DNA of 64,000 nucleotides, from assembly GCA_038230535.1 (NCBI GenBank), contig JBBRNB010000015.1, positions 3,992 to 67,991 of the forward strand, given 5' to 3'. This DNA is from Thermoanaerobaculia bacterium. GTDB taxonomy: Bacteria; Acidobacteriota; Thermoanaerobaculia; Gp7-AA8. The stretch's first letter is position 1. Each line of letters starts with the position of its first letter. Shown here one piece after another: positions 33,401 through 43,600 of this stretch. Under the pieces are notes generated by a model that saw nothing but the letters and a program-made list of their open reading frames with translations, was not told the DNA's origin and made no database searches. The position numbers and the translations under genes are program-made.

Positions 33401-34479
33401 TTCGAATATTCGCGGTTGACGGTCTCGAGAAGCCCGATGATGCCCAGCCACGCCGGCTCCTCCGCCGGCAGCCGGACTTCGATGACGTGCCGGCCGGCTC
33501 TCGCGTCGATCAATCCTCGAGCCACCTCAATGACGGCCTTTACCAGGCCGGCATAATCGCCTTGCCCCTCAATGACCGTGAGATCTCCGCCGTTCTGACT
33601 GCCATCGCCTGCTGCGTCTTCCTCGCGCCATTCCACCCCGTAGTAGATCAGCGATTCCTCAGTGGGATTGAGATCGAGCTCCCGGGCCACAAAGCCGGTG
33701 ATGACGACCTTGACCTCGCCTTTGTCGTCGGTGATTGTGCAATCGATCCCTTTCTCTGTTGCAGTCAGCCAGGCATAGGCCTTGTCGGTCAGCGAACCAT
33801 AGATGCCGGTGCTCCTGGCGATGAACGGTACGCGAATCCCACCCTCGTGGCCGGTGAGCAGTGCGCCGCTTTGAATCACACTGTCGAGCATGCCGGGGCT
33901 CAGATCCATCCCCTGCCCTCCTGAGCCTTGCAGTACGAGCGTGGCCAGGGCGCAGCCCTTGCCAAGCTTCACTGTCTCGAGGCCTTGATGACTCTGACCG
34001 TAGCTGAAACCGGCCTTTCGATAGTCCGAATAGATCTGCTGTCTGGACAACGTCGCGCCGGTACACCGCTCCTCGAGGGCCGTGATGTCGAGGTGCCTGG
34101 AGGATGGCGCTTCGGCTCCCTGCTCCCGCCTGTCGATGACCCGGGCGTTGCTCTGGAAATGCACGCCCTGGCTGGTCACGACCTCGACGCCAAACTCCCC
34201 CGGAGCGCCTGGATAGACTTTTGTTTCCACAGAGCATTCGCTCTGTACGATCATCGGTTGGATGAACACGCTGTCGCTCAGAACGATCATCTGCTCGTCG
34301 GTGACGGCGGCGGACAGGGCCACGGCCGCTCTGGCCATTTCCAGGTAGGCCATACCGGGCATGATCTTCCTGCCTTGAATGACATGGTCCGCCAGAAAGG
34401 CCTCGCTGCCGGTGAAGACGGTAGTGAAAATGCCAGTCGGATAGTCTTTGACCGCTGCCTGCAATCCCGCGTTGCTCAT
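30433..34479 (-). CDS. trans-AT PKS subunit: DH-KR-ACP-KS(+flanking subdomain)
   Basis: DH LADHVIQGRKIMPG / MLDSVIQ; KR TGGLGGVG, CAGVIKD, GQADYAAAN; ACP GFDS; KS ETACSS, HGTGT, KSNIGH. No AT domain. Confidence 0.95.
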   Translation of the reverse strand: MSNAGLQAAVKDYPTGIFTTVFTGSEAFLADHVIQGRKIMPGMAYLEMARAAVALSAAVTDEQMIVLSDSVFIQPMIVQSECSVETKVYPGAPGEFGVEVVTSQGVHFQSNARVIDRREQGAEAPSSRHLDITALEERCTGATLSRQQIYSDYRKAGFSYGQSHQGLETVKLGKGCALATLVLQGSGGQGMDLSPGMLDSVIQSGALLTGHEGGIRVPFIARSTGIYGSLTDKAYAWLTATEKGIDCTITDDKGEVKVVITGFVARELDLNPTEESLIYYGVEWREEDAAGDGSQNGGDLTVIEGQGDYAGLVKAVIEVARGLIDARAGRHVIEVRLPAEEPAWLGIIGLLETVNREYSKIGYRLRAGDRYVKLRYSERELNGVPVYAWPDGKTVLITGGLGGVGTVIAEDIVRSSRGCTLILAGRSELDAEKQGVIERIERVGANVVHAQCDITSRADVTALIARYPEISGVIHCAGVIKDGLILDKTADAIDQVLAPKVRGLECLDEATAALKLDYFLTVSSIVGVLGNAGQADYAAANGYMDAYIRSRALQVGIGRRHGKSISIDWPLWERGGMRIDQATKLNLQRIFKSRALPDASALTALKRILASDEQQIMVFLGDRKAVNEMLEKASGNTRGPQAEKTFSIATDRLVRETLQEIKIQTAEHLSLRLPPAQLDEEADWAEFGFDSIILSDFVNKLNARFNLDLLPTALFEATNMLRFSHYLAKNYPRQMAVGLTLGGDEEPKTPIVEAEREPEKISSFALNFRRDYEARVVYREEDVAIIGMSCRTAGARNTEELWRMLVDERDMITEIPGDRWDWKAWPDAVKWGSFIDGVDEFDSLFFGISPAEARYMAPEQRLMMQHVWECLENAGCGDAIKGTNTGIFVGCGPSGYTSMLSNMPVESYSSTGAVPSIGPNRISYLMDWHGPSEPIETACSSSLVAVHRAVEAIRGGHCGQAIAGGVNLLLTPDAYVSFTKAGMLCDDGRCKTFSDDSNGYARGEGIGMILLKPLRAALEDGNIIHAVIKGTAENHGGRTNSLTAPNPRAQAAVIRKAVTDAGLQFSRISYVECHGTGTALGDPVEIEGLKMVAAERPEERDDAQRCWLGSIKSNIGHLEMAAGIVGLIKVVLQMQHRKIARSLHCATTNRYIDLSGTPFVIAQTASDWDVAPGQKRVAGVSSFGFGGVNAHVILEEAPELPVEDEDVDAGAEMTSHLLILSARNEETLLKYAAQYPDFLRTLPRTPATLKRLAYTLQTGRAEMQERVAFIARSVDEWAGHLDAFLQSEGRVSHRNVYRGSVTGASNLEIGDTQAGRDYLRQLLNSNECAKLAELWVKGTKIDWQALSM

Positions 34480-35918
34480 TATTCGGACTCCGGTGTTCCC
34501 ATCAGTTCATGGATCCGGCGGTCGAGTAGCTCCGCCGTCTCCTGCATCAGTTTTTCGGCGATCTGAGCGACGTGTCTCTTGCGCCACGATTCCAGTTCCG
34601 AGCCTTTGACCCATTGATTGAAGGCCCCCAGGGCGGGGCCCGTATGTACCTGAAAATCGACCTGGTTCGTTTCGTCTCCCGTAATGGCGATCCGCGAGCT
34701 GTAGGCGAAATACCATCGAAAGACCAGCGCCATCTTCTGCTTCCGGTCGGTGGCCGCGTTGTCCAGAAGTGCTTGCCGCCCTTTTCGCCGATGGTGTTCC
34801 TGCACCTCCCGCCACACCTCGGCGAACGGCTTCTGGAAGTAAGTCCTCTCGATCTGACTCCTCACCTTTTCGGGAATGTCTTCCCACCCGTCGTAGCGCG
34901 TGTAGAGCATGTGCAGCTTGTTGGCGCGCCCGGGGAACAGCACGCCCTTGCGCAGCACCTGTACCCGCGCCCCTGACTCGAACATGTCTCCGGCCGGCGC
35001 ATAGTCGGTGTCCTGCACGTTGATCACCTGCAGAAGGTCTTTGACGACGTCGCTGGTTCCCGCTTCGACCGTGCACTGGTTGATGGATCCGGTGAGAATG
35101 AAATCGGCGCCCATCATGAACGCGGCAGCCGCCGCTTGAGGGGTCCCGATGCCGCCCGCCAGACCGATGTGAATCCGGCCGCGGTAGCGATGCCTGCTCT
35201 CGATCTGACTCCTCAGGCTCTGCATGGCCGGCAGGAGCACGGTGGCATTGCCTCGGTCCGTATGTCCGGCCGAATCCGCCTCGACGCAAAGGTCGGAGCT
35301 CATCGCAACCTGTGCCGCCAGGCCTGCCTGCTCCTGACTGATCCTTCCTTCGCCCAGCAGCTTTCTGACGATATCCGCCGGCGGTGGGCTGAGAAATGCC
35401 TCCGCGACTTCGGGACGCGAAACCTTTGCGATGACCTTGTGACGGCACTCAACGCAGCCATCGCCGCTCCTCCGCACACCACTGAGGCGGTAGTGGACCA
35501 GGGCTGGCGTCATGGTCGTGAACGCGGCCGCTTCGACGCAGGCGATCCCATGCTTCCGATAGAGATCGACGGTGGCCTCTTCCATCTGAGGATCCTGCGG
35601 GTGGCAGATCAGGTTCACACCAAAGACATCATCCGGCTCGAGGTTCCGCCGGATGAAGCCAATGTCGCGCTCGATGTCATCCAGGCTCCGGCCGCCGGTA
35701 CCGAGAAATCCGAGCAGGCCCGCCTTGCCGATGGCGACGACGAGCTCTTTCGAAGCGATGCCGCCATACATAGCACCCGTGAGATACGCGTAGCGGATGC
35801 GATAACGCCGGCGGAAGCTTGCCGCACCCAGTTGACCGGGACTGATTGTCACGCGGCTGCGCCCATCGTCGATGTCGAGGACCGTTTCCATGGCTGTCAT
35901 GACCGGCTCATCAGGCAT
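34479..35918 (-). CDS. Stand-alone PfaD/FabK-type trans-acting enoyl reductase
   Basis: AYLTGAMYGGIASKELV, EADSAGHTD, LAGGIGTP, DTDYAPAGDMFE, DFQVHTGPALGAFNQW. TAATG overlap with the downstream PKS. Confidence 0.92.
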   Translation of the reverse strand: MPDEPVMTAMETVLDIDDGRSRVTISPGQLGAASFRRRYRIRYAYLTGAMYGGIASKELVVAIGKAGLLGFLGTGGRSLDDIERDIGFIRRNLEPDDVFGVNLICHPQDPQMEEATVDLYRKHGIACVEAAAFTTMTPALVHYRLSGVRRSGDGCVECRHKVIAKVSRPEVAEAFLSPPPADIVRKLLGEGRISQEQAGLAAQVAMSSDLCVEADSAGHTDRGNATVLLPAMQSLRSQIESRHRYRGRIHIGLAGGIGTPQAAAAAFMMGADFILTGSINQCTVEAGTSDVVKDLLQVINVQDTDYAPAGDMFESGARVQVLRKGVLFPGRANKLHMLYTRYDGWEDIPEKVRSQIERTYFQKPFAEVWREVQEHHRRKGRQALLDNAATDRKQKMALVFRWYFAYSSRIAITGDETNQVDFQVHTGPALGAFNQWVKGSELESWRKRHVAQIAEKLMQETAELLDRRIHELMGTPESE

Positions 35919-38900
35919 TGGCTCCTGCAACGGCGCTGTGCAATACAGCCCACGAATCAGAGAACACATTCGCGATCTCGCGCATCCGCTCGCCGCTCAG
36001 TTTGTCCGCCCTGTAGATGAAATAGACATGCAGGTCGTCGTCGTCTTCGATACGGGCGATGCAGGACAGCCAGTATGGATAGCGCTCGACATCCGCGATC
36101 CTGTCGACAGTGCTCGACGCATTGAACACTTCGAAGAACGCGGTGCTTCGCGCTTTCTGAGACTCCGTAGCATCCCCTCTGCCCTGATAGTTGAAATAGA
36201 TTCCCGGAAGCGAGCGGCCGTCGAAACGCTTCCGGGTCTCGTCGTTGTAGTGACTTGCCAGCGTGAAGCTCAACCGCCTCTCCTCGATCACCTCTTTCTG
36301 CCGGCAGATGTCTCTGACGAGCTCCAGGAGGTCCGTGGAGCGCGGGGTCTTCAAAGACAAAGGATAGTTTTCCGAGAACCACCCCAGCGCCTGGCTGCTC
36401 TCGACGGCGAGCAGCGGGTTCTGGCGCGTATTGTAGATCTGCGTCAGATAGACGACGTCTTCCTGGAACGTCAACGTACAGCTCCTGACGAACAGCGCCA
36501 TGATGACGTTCTCGAGGGAGTGCAGCTTCGCTTCCCTTACGAGCGCATCCGCCGCTTCGATGGCGTCCGCCGGAATGCGCACCTTCTCCTGCAGGGTCTC
36601 GGGGATTCCGTCCGATACGCCGATCATGCGGCGCTCGCTGGCCTGGGCCGCCTCCAGTATGCGCAGCCAGTGGTCCTGCCATTGCAGCACGTCATCGTCG
36701 CCGGCCCGCCGTTCCAGAGCCTCCACCCACTCCTGCAGGCTCAATGATGGTCTTCGGACAAACGCCCTGATGAGATCCTCTTCGTCTCTGCAACACAATT
36801 CCAGGAGGTCCAGCAACAGAATCACGGTCACAGGATCGCTGATGAAGTGGTCGATCAGCAGGAAGACGTATCTCGCGGCTCCCCTTTCGACCAGAAAGCA
36901 CTTCACGATCGGCCCGGTTTTCAGATTGATCGCCGCCGTGTGCGTGTCATACAAAGACATGAGCATCTCGGTTGCCACAGCGCCGCCGTCGACGTGTACA
37001 GAGTCCACGGTGATCTTCTCTGTGTCCGGATCGTAGTACTGGAGCCAATCGTCACCGTTCTGACGAACGCGCAGCTTGAACATCGGGTGTTCCAGGAGCG
37101 TTTCCACGTTGCGTTTCACAACGCTCGAGGCGACGTCGCCGATGACCAGATGGGTTACCGGGATGATCATCGTCCGCGGTCCGCCCTCTCGCAGGTTCTC
37201 GCGCTGGACCTTCAGCAACCGGAACGGCTCATTCCAGCGGATGTGGTGCGGCGCTGCCGCAAGTCCGCTTTCGATGGCTCGCGCCAGTGCCGAGATGTTT
37301 CCACACTCGAACAAGGCCTTCAACGGCACATCCACTGACAGTTGCGTGCGAATCCTGAACATCAACTGCGTCGCCAGCAGCGAATGTCCACCCAGAGCGA
37401 AGAAGTCGTCGTCCACGCCGATCCGGTCCGCTTCCAGGTTCAATACCTCCGACCAGATGCGTGCCAGTTTCCGTTCTGTTTCATTGCACGGCGCGCGATA
37501 GGCCAGTCCCGATGCCGGACGTACGTCGAAGCCCGCTAGAACGCGGCGGTCCACCTTGCCGGTCGGAGTCAGCGGAATTGCGCCGAGGCGGACGAATGCC
37601 GCAGGCAGCATGTATTCCGGTAACGTTCGCCGCAGATGGGCTCTCAGTTCCTCCGGCGCGAGCTCGATCGGCGAGTTCTCATCGCTCCCGCGGAAGCGAT
37701 AGAAGGCAATGAGCCGCTTGTCCATCCCCTGCCCCTGTACGACCACGACGCTCTCTTCGACCTCCGGGTGCTGGTTGAGCCTGACTTCGATCTCACCCGT
37801 CTCGACACGAAAGCCTCGGATTTTGACTTGTGTGTCCGCCCTTCCCAGATATTCGAGATTGCCGTCAGGCAGCCAGCGGGCCAGGTCACCAGTCCTGTAC
37901 ATGCGGCTCCCCGTTTGGAACGGATCCGAAGCGAATCTCTCCTGATCGAGCTCCGGCCGGTTCAGATAGCCCCTGGCCAGTCCGGCGCCTGCGATGTACA
38001 GCTCCCCGGGTACACCTATGGGCTGCGGTGAGTTGTGCCGATCGAGGATGTAGATCCGCGTGTTGCTGATGGGCGCACCGATGCTCGGGAAACGACTCCA
38101 CTTCTCTGCGTCCTCGGGCAGGGTATAGGCGGTCACCAGATGCGTCTCGGACGGCCCGTAGTGATTGTGCAGGCGGACGCTGGGGTGTTTCCTGAAGAAC
38201 CTCCGGATCTTGTCATTGATGACAAGCTGTTCCCCTGCGGTAATGATTCTCCGGAGCGGCACGTGGTCATGATCCGCGGTCAGCGCTTCCAGGAGATTCG
38301 TCAGCGCGACATAGGGCAGAAAGATCGTGTGTACATCGTACTGAACGATGAATTTTCCCAGCAACACGGGATCGTTCCTCGTTGCCACATCGGGAATGAC
38401 GAACGTGCAACCGGCTGCCAGGCAAGTGAACAATTCCTGCATGAAGACGTCGAAGGTCGGTTCCGTGAAATTGAGAACGTTCTCGCCTTCCGGGAAACCG
38501 ATCGCTTTCGACTGCCAGAAAATCAGGTTCGTGAGCGTGGTATGCGTGAGTAACACGCCCTTCGGCCTGCCGGTGGAGCCTGAGGTGTAAATCACATACG
38601 CCAGATGGTGCGGCCGAACCTCGCGGAGCAGTTCGCGTTTCCCGCTCTCGCTCCGTGACCACGATCCGTCCAGGGCAATCAGGCGGCTTCCATTCGAGGC
38701 CAGGACATTCGATCTGGCCTCGTCGAGCAGTCCATGGACGAGGACGATGGCCGCCTGACTGTCCCTCACTACATCGGCAAGCCTTTCGTCGGGGAAACGC
38801 GGGTCCAGCGGAACACAGGCACCGCCCGCCTCCAGGATGCCGAGGATCCCGACGACCAGATCGAGGGACCGCTCCGCATACAACGCGACCAGGCTGTCTG

Positions 38901-40641
38901 GCCCGACTCCCAGTGTTTGTAGATGAAGAGCCAGGCTGTGACTACGATTGTGGAGCTGTCTGTAACTCAGCTTTTGCCCGGCGAACAGGATGGCTGTCCT
39001 GTCCGGAGCGATCGCAGCGCGCGCGGTGAACAGCTCATGGATACACTTCTCTCGCGGATACTCAGCGTCCGTGCGGTTGAAGTCCACCAGGAGTTGCCTG
39101 GTCTCAGCGTCATCCAGGTAGTGCAGGCGATCGATGTTCATCGCCGGCGCGGCCACGATGGCCCGGCACAAGGCGCGGAAATGCCCGGTCATGCGCTCGA
39201 TGGTTTCGTGCCTGTAGAGCGAGGTCCTGTATTCGATCGAGCCAGCCAACCCCTCCGGTGCTTCCGTAAAGAAGAGCGTCAGGTCGAATTTGCTGATGCC
39301 ACTCTCCAGAGGATATGGATAGATGTCGTTTCCGAGCGCGCCCATCGGCGCGTTCTGCAGAATCACCATGATCTGGAACAGCGGATTGACGGCCGTGCTG
39401 CGCGCCGGCTGAACGCGTTCGACGACTTTCTCGAACGGCGCATCCTGATGTTCATACGCTTCCAGGCAGGATTCTTTTACGTTTCTCAAGACCGTCAGGA
39501 AATCATCGTCACCCGTCAGCCGGCTTCTAAGGACCTGCGTATTGACGAACATCCCGATGAGGTCTTCCGTTTCGCGATACTGCCGGTTCGCGATCGGACT
39601 GCCGACGCAGATGTCCTCCTGTCCAGTGTAGCGGTAGAGCAACACGTTGACGGCCGTCAGCAGCACCATGAACAGGCTGCTGTCGTGCTGCCTCGCAAGA
39701 GCATTCAGTTGCCCGGTAAGCTCGGGATCAAGACCGAACGTGTACGTGGCCCCGGCAAAACTCTGCGCGGCCGCTCTCGGATAGTCCGTCGCCAGATCCA
39801 GACTCTCCGGCGCACCTGCCAGTTTCTTTTGCCAGTATGCGAGCTGCCGATCGAGCAGCGCGCTCTCCTCCAGCCACTTTCTCTGCCAGACGCTGTAATC
39901 GACATACTGGATCGGCAGGCGAGGCAGCTCCAGGCTCTTCCCCTGGGCAAGGGCATCCATCGCCAGGCCGACTTCCTTGATCAGCAGGCCCATCGACCAG
40001 GCATCACTGACGATGTGATGCATGTTGAGCAGGAGAATGTGCTCCTGTCCGGCGAGCTCGATGACCGTACCCCTGATGAGCGGTCCATTGGCAAGATCGA
40101 AGGGCAACGCCGCTTCCGTCCGGCACACCTGCCTCGCTGCTTCCCGGCGAGCCTGACGGGTCTTGTGATGGCTGCAATCGACGCGCTCGAGGCGAAAGTC
40201 CAGGCGGTCCAGTATCCGCTGGCGAGGCACGCCGTCTTCGCTCGGGAAGACGGTACGCAGATTCTCATGGCGGGCGATGACGAGGTTGTACGCCTGCTCG
40301 AGCAGGCTGATATCCAGTTCACTCCGGATGCTGACGGCCGCGGGAATGTTGTAGGCCGCGCTCTCGGGCTCGAGCTGGTTGATGAACCAGAGCCGCTCCT
40401 GAGCGAAGCTGAGCGGCAACCGGTCGAGCGCGGACCGGTCAATCGGCAAAATCTGCGGGACTCTCTCCGTCGCGTTTCGCTGTTGCAACAGCGAAACGAT
40501 CGCGGCTTTGTTGGCAACGAGCTGTGCCCGAGTGTCGTCGCTCAAAGCTCCCTTCGGAGCCTTGAGCTTGAGCTGGCCGCTCTCTTCCCACAGCTCGATT
40601 CCCCTGGCCTGTACGTTCTCGATGAGTGCGAGGATGGTCAT
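35911..40641 (-). CDS. NRPS: beta-hairpin docking domain-C-A(proline code)-PCP-terminal E/C-like domain
   Basis: TubC-like N-terminus; HHIVSD; YTSGSTG, GPSETH, YRTGD; GGHSLL; terminal domain with DHFISD, GWFSENYP and FNYQGR. Confidence 0.95.
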   Translation of the reverse strand: MTILALIENVQARGIELWEESGQLKLKAPKGALSDDTRAQLVANKAAIVSLLQQRNATERVPQILPIDRSALDRLPLSFAQERLWFINQLEPESAAYNIPAAVSIRSELDISLLEQAYNLVIARHENLRTVFPSEDGVPRQRILDRLDFRLERVDCSHHKTRQARREAARQVCRTEAALPFDLANGPLIRGTVIELAGQEHILLLNMHHIVSDAWSMGLLIKEVGLAMDALAQGKSLELPRLPIQYVDYSVWQRKWLEESALLDRQLAYWQKKLAGAPESLDLATDYPRAAAQSFAGATYTFGLDPELTGQLNALARQHDSSLFMVLLTAVNVLLYRYTGQEDICVGSPIANRQYRETEDLIGMFVNTQVLRSRLTGDDDFLTVLRNVKESCLEAYEHQDAPFEKVVERVQPARSTAVNPLFQIMVILQNAPMGALGNDIYPYPLESGISKFDLTLFFTEAPEGLAGSIEYRTSLYRHETIERMTGHFRALCRAIVAAPAMNIDRLHYLDDAETRQLLVDFNRTDAEYPREKCIHELFTARAAIAPDRTAILFAGQKLSYRQLHNRSHSLALHLQTLGVGPDSLVALYAERSLDLVVGILGILEAGGACVPLDPRFPDERLADVVRDSQAAIVLVHGLLDEARSNVLASNGSRLIALDGSWSRSESGKRELLREVRPHHLAYVIYTSGSTGRPKGVLLTHTTLTNLIFWQSKAIGFPEGENVLNFTEPTFDVFMQELFTCLAAGCTFVIPDVATRNDPVLLGKFIVQYDVHTIFLPYVALTNLLEALTADHDHVPLRRIITAGEQLVINDKIRRFFRKHPSVRLHNHYGPSETHLVTAYTLPEDAEKWSRFPSIGAPISNTRIYILDRHNSPQPIGVPGELYIAGAGLARGYLNRPELDQERFASDPFQTGSRMYRTGDLARWLPDGNLEYLGRADTQVKIRGFRVETGEIEVRLNQHPEVEESVVVVQGQGMDKRLIAFYRFRGSDENSPIELAPEELRAHLRRTLPEYMLPAAFVRLGAIPLTPTGKVDRRVLAGFDVRPASGLAYRAPCNETERKLARIWSEVLNLEADRIGVDDDFFALGGHSLLATQLMFRIRTQLSVDVPLKALFECGNISALARAIESGLAAAPHHIRWNEPFRLLKVQRENLREGGPRTMIIPVTHLVIGDVASSVVKRNVETLLEHPMFKLRVRQNGDDWLQYYDPDTEKITVDSVHVDGGAVATEMLMSLYDTHTAAINLKTGPIVKCFLVERGAARYVFLLIDHFISDPVTVILLLDLLELCCRDEEDLIRAFVRRPSLSLQEWVEALERRAGDDDVLQWQDHWLRILEAAQASERRMIGVSDGIPETLQEKVRIPADAIEAADALVREAKLHSLENVIMALFVRSCTLTFQEDVVYLTQIYNTRQNPLLAVESSQALGWFSENYPLSLKTPRSTDLLELVRDICRQKEVIEERRLSFTLASHYNDETRKRFDGRSLPGIYFNYQGRGDATESQKARSTAFFEVFNASSTVDRIADVERYPYWLSCIARIEDDDDLHVYFIYRADKLSGERMREIANVFSDSWAVLHSAVAGANA

Positions 40642-43600
40642 AGAGTGATTTCCTCGAGCTCGACGCCGGCACCGTTATCCATTGCCGGACGGCGACGGCT
40701 GTCGACCGCGTTCATGACCGCAGCGATGCCTGCGATGGTATGGAAGTCGAACAGGTCCTTTACCTGCAGCTCGACCTCGAACTGGCCGCGAATTCTGGAG
40801 ACCAACTGCGTGGCCAGTAGCGAGTTCCCGCCCAGCTCGAAGAAGCTGTCGTCGACTCCGATTCTCTCCGGGTCGAGGCTCAACAACTGCGCCCAGATGG
40901 CTGCCAGCCGGTTTTCCCGCTCATCGCGTGGGGCCACGCGGAGGTGAATCGATTCCGGACCGCCCGCCATCCGCTCCAGCACGAGGCGATCCAACAGACC
41001 ACTACGGGTGAGAGGCATCTCCTCCACGACGACGAACCGGCCCGGCTGCAGGTGAAGGGGAAGGTTTTCCCTCACATACGCCTGTACGGTGCCGGCAGTG
41101 AGCGCCGTCTCGTGATCTTCGGCTACGAGGAAGGCAAGCAGTTGTTCGCTGTCGTTCTCGTCCCATCTGTGGATGACGTGGCAATCGCGTACGGCAGGGT
41201 GACGCCGGATGACCGCTGCAATCTCCCGTGTCACGAGTTGATAGCCGCTGTACTGTTCGTTCCCACTCTCCAGATCGATAGACCAGCCGCCGTCGTATTT
41301 TCCGGCGAGCGAAGTTTGCAAAGGCTCGCCGCTTCGATTCGTCCGAATGCTCAATCTCCCTCTCCGATGCTGATCGACGACGTCTCCCTGCTCGTCATTG
41401 AGCGTGAGCTCCCTCCCGCCGGCGAGATCCTCCGCCGTCAATGGACCCGGCAGTTCACTCGTCCCCTGGAGGTAGAGCGCCAGTCGTTGCTCCAGTCCCG
41501 GTATGCCGCCGTCCGAGGTGATCAACCGGCGGCGGCTGCTCATGGTCAGGTAGCTCTGCATGTCTTTGTGGCGGCCATCGATGCCGGCGTAGTAGACGCC
41601 AGGCTTCCCGTGGTTGATGATCATGGCCAGCGACTGCATCCCCTGGACTTTGCCGATGCTCATGTAGCCTCTGCGCAAGCCCAGATTCTTCTTCCCTGCG
41701 CTCATTCCCGTACCGGTCCACATCGTCTGCTGGACATTGGTGTAGGCGATCCCGAGCCGCGCAAAGCGTTCATAGCGTCCCAGTTCATACCCTTTGCGAT
41801 ACGCATATGCGGACACTTGCGAACCGCCGAAGGAACCGTTGACCGACCCGATCTCGACGACCTGAATACCCGGCCTGCCGGTGGCGAGCATTTCCAGCAC
41901 TCGGGTGATCCGGTCGTTCTCCCGGATCGATCGTGTGTAATCCCGCGGCTCATTGGCCTGAATTGGACTTTCCCGGACGTCCGATCCGGTGGCTTGCACG
42001 ATCGTCGAGAGAATCAGGCCGCTATCCCTTTCGACGTCGCGGATCTGCCGGCACAACTCGTCCTCATCGTCGTTGATCAGATCGTGCTCGATGTAGATCA
42101 CGCGGCCGGCCGCCATTTCGGCCACGGCCACCAACTCCCGCCACGCCATCTGCCTGGCTTCGGGCTCGCTTCTTCCTGTTACGAGCACGTACTGGTTCTC
42201 GCGCCGCAACAGGAGCTCAGTGGCGACACGCCCGATTCCTCCCAAACCTCCGAGGACGAGACTCAGACCCGCAACGTTGTTACCGGCCGCGCGACGCTGC
42301 CCGGCAGCATCGAAAAGGACATGCTGCAATCGGTACACATGGCGTTGACCATCGCGATAGCGAACGTTACGGCTCTGAACAAAGCCGGCCCGGAGCTCCC
42401 CGGCCAGGGCCTCCTGGGCGGACACTCCCTCACCGATCTCGCAGACTATGGTGTGGCTGTGAGGACGCTCCTGCACGAAACTCTCGAGGAACGCCCTGTC
42501 TCCATTGATGACACAACTGCCGGTCCCTTCATAGAGCCCGATCCACGTCACAGCGAGATCGCTGTACTCGGCCTGCAAGAGCAGTTGCATGACCGCCAAT
42601 TTGGAGGCGGGATCGCCGGTACCGGCAGTCACATGGTCCACGAGAACGAGCTGTTCACGCGGAAGCAGATCCCACTGCTTCAGGAGCCGCGGCAATTCCA
42701 GAGTGATTGCGTCTCGCCGGATCGCTTCGTGACGAGCGTGCGGAGCAGCCGGCCCGGGAACGGTCCAATCGTGTTCGCTGACTACGATGAGGTTGAGCGG
42801 CGGGAGAGCATCCTCGGTGGCGTTGACGGCTGCCTTCGACCAAGTACCCTCATAGAACCAGTCGGGAAGGGTATTCTCGTTCGCTTCTTCGATGTCCACC
42901 TGCTTCAGCCTGCGGTTGTAGTCGCCGCGGACTAGCTGACGAGCCAGTTGTGACCGCTGGATCTTGCCGCTGGTAGTCCTCGGGAACTCATGCTCTTCCA
43001 GCGGGATGATCACATCGGGATTGATGCCCAGCCTATGGCTGACCCGCCCCCTGATCTCCCTGATTGTCTCCGCTCTCGGATCACCGACATACGCGATGCC
43101 GATTCCTTCCGCCCCGCTCTCCCCCTTTTGCACGGGAAAGACCCCGACGCGGCTGGACGCCACGGTCGCAATGTCGCCGACCAGGGTCTCCACTTCATGG
43201 CAGTAGACGTTGACTCCCCTGACGATGATCATCTCCTTCTCTCTGCCCGTGATGTAGAGCCGTCCCTGAGAGATGAAGCCGAGGTCGCCGGTGTTGAACC
43301 AGCCGTCTCCGACGAATGCGGCGGCGTTTGCATCCAAATCCCCGTAATAGCCCGGAGTGATGACGGCGGAGCCTCGGATGTGAAAACGCCCGATCTGCTT
43401 TTCCCGCAGCAGCGTGTTGTCGCGATCCGCGATGCGGATCTCGAGCCCCGGAACCACGGGGCCGAGGGAGATGAACTCCGTGCCGCCCATCTCCATGTAA
43501 CCGGTGTCGATGTCGAAGTCCTTGTTGTAAGTGATCCCCGTGCACGCCTCCGCCATCCCGAACGCGGGTTGCATCGCACGGGGGTCGAAGCCGAGCGGGG

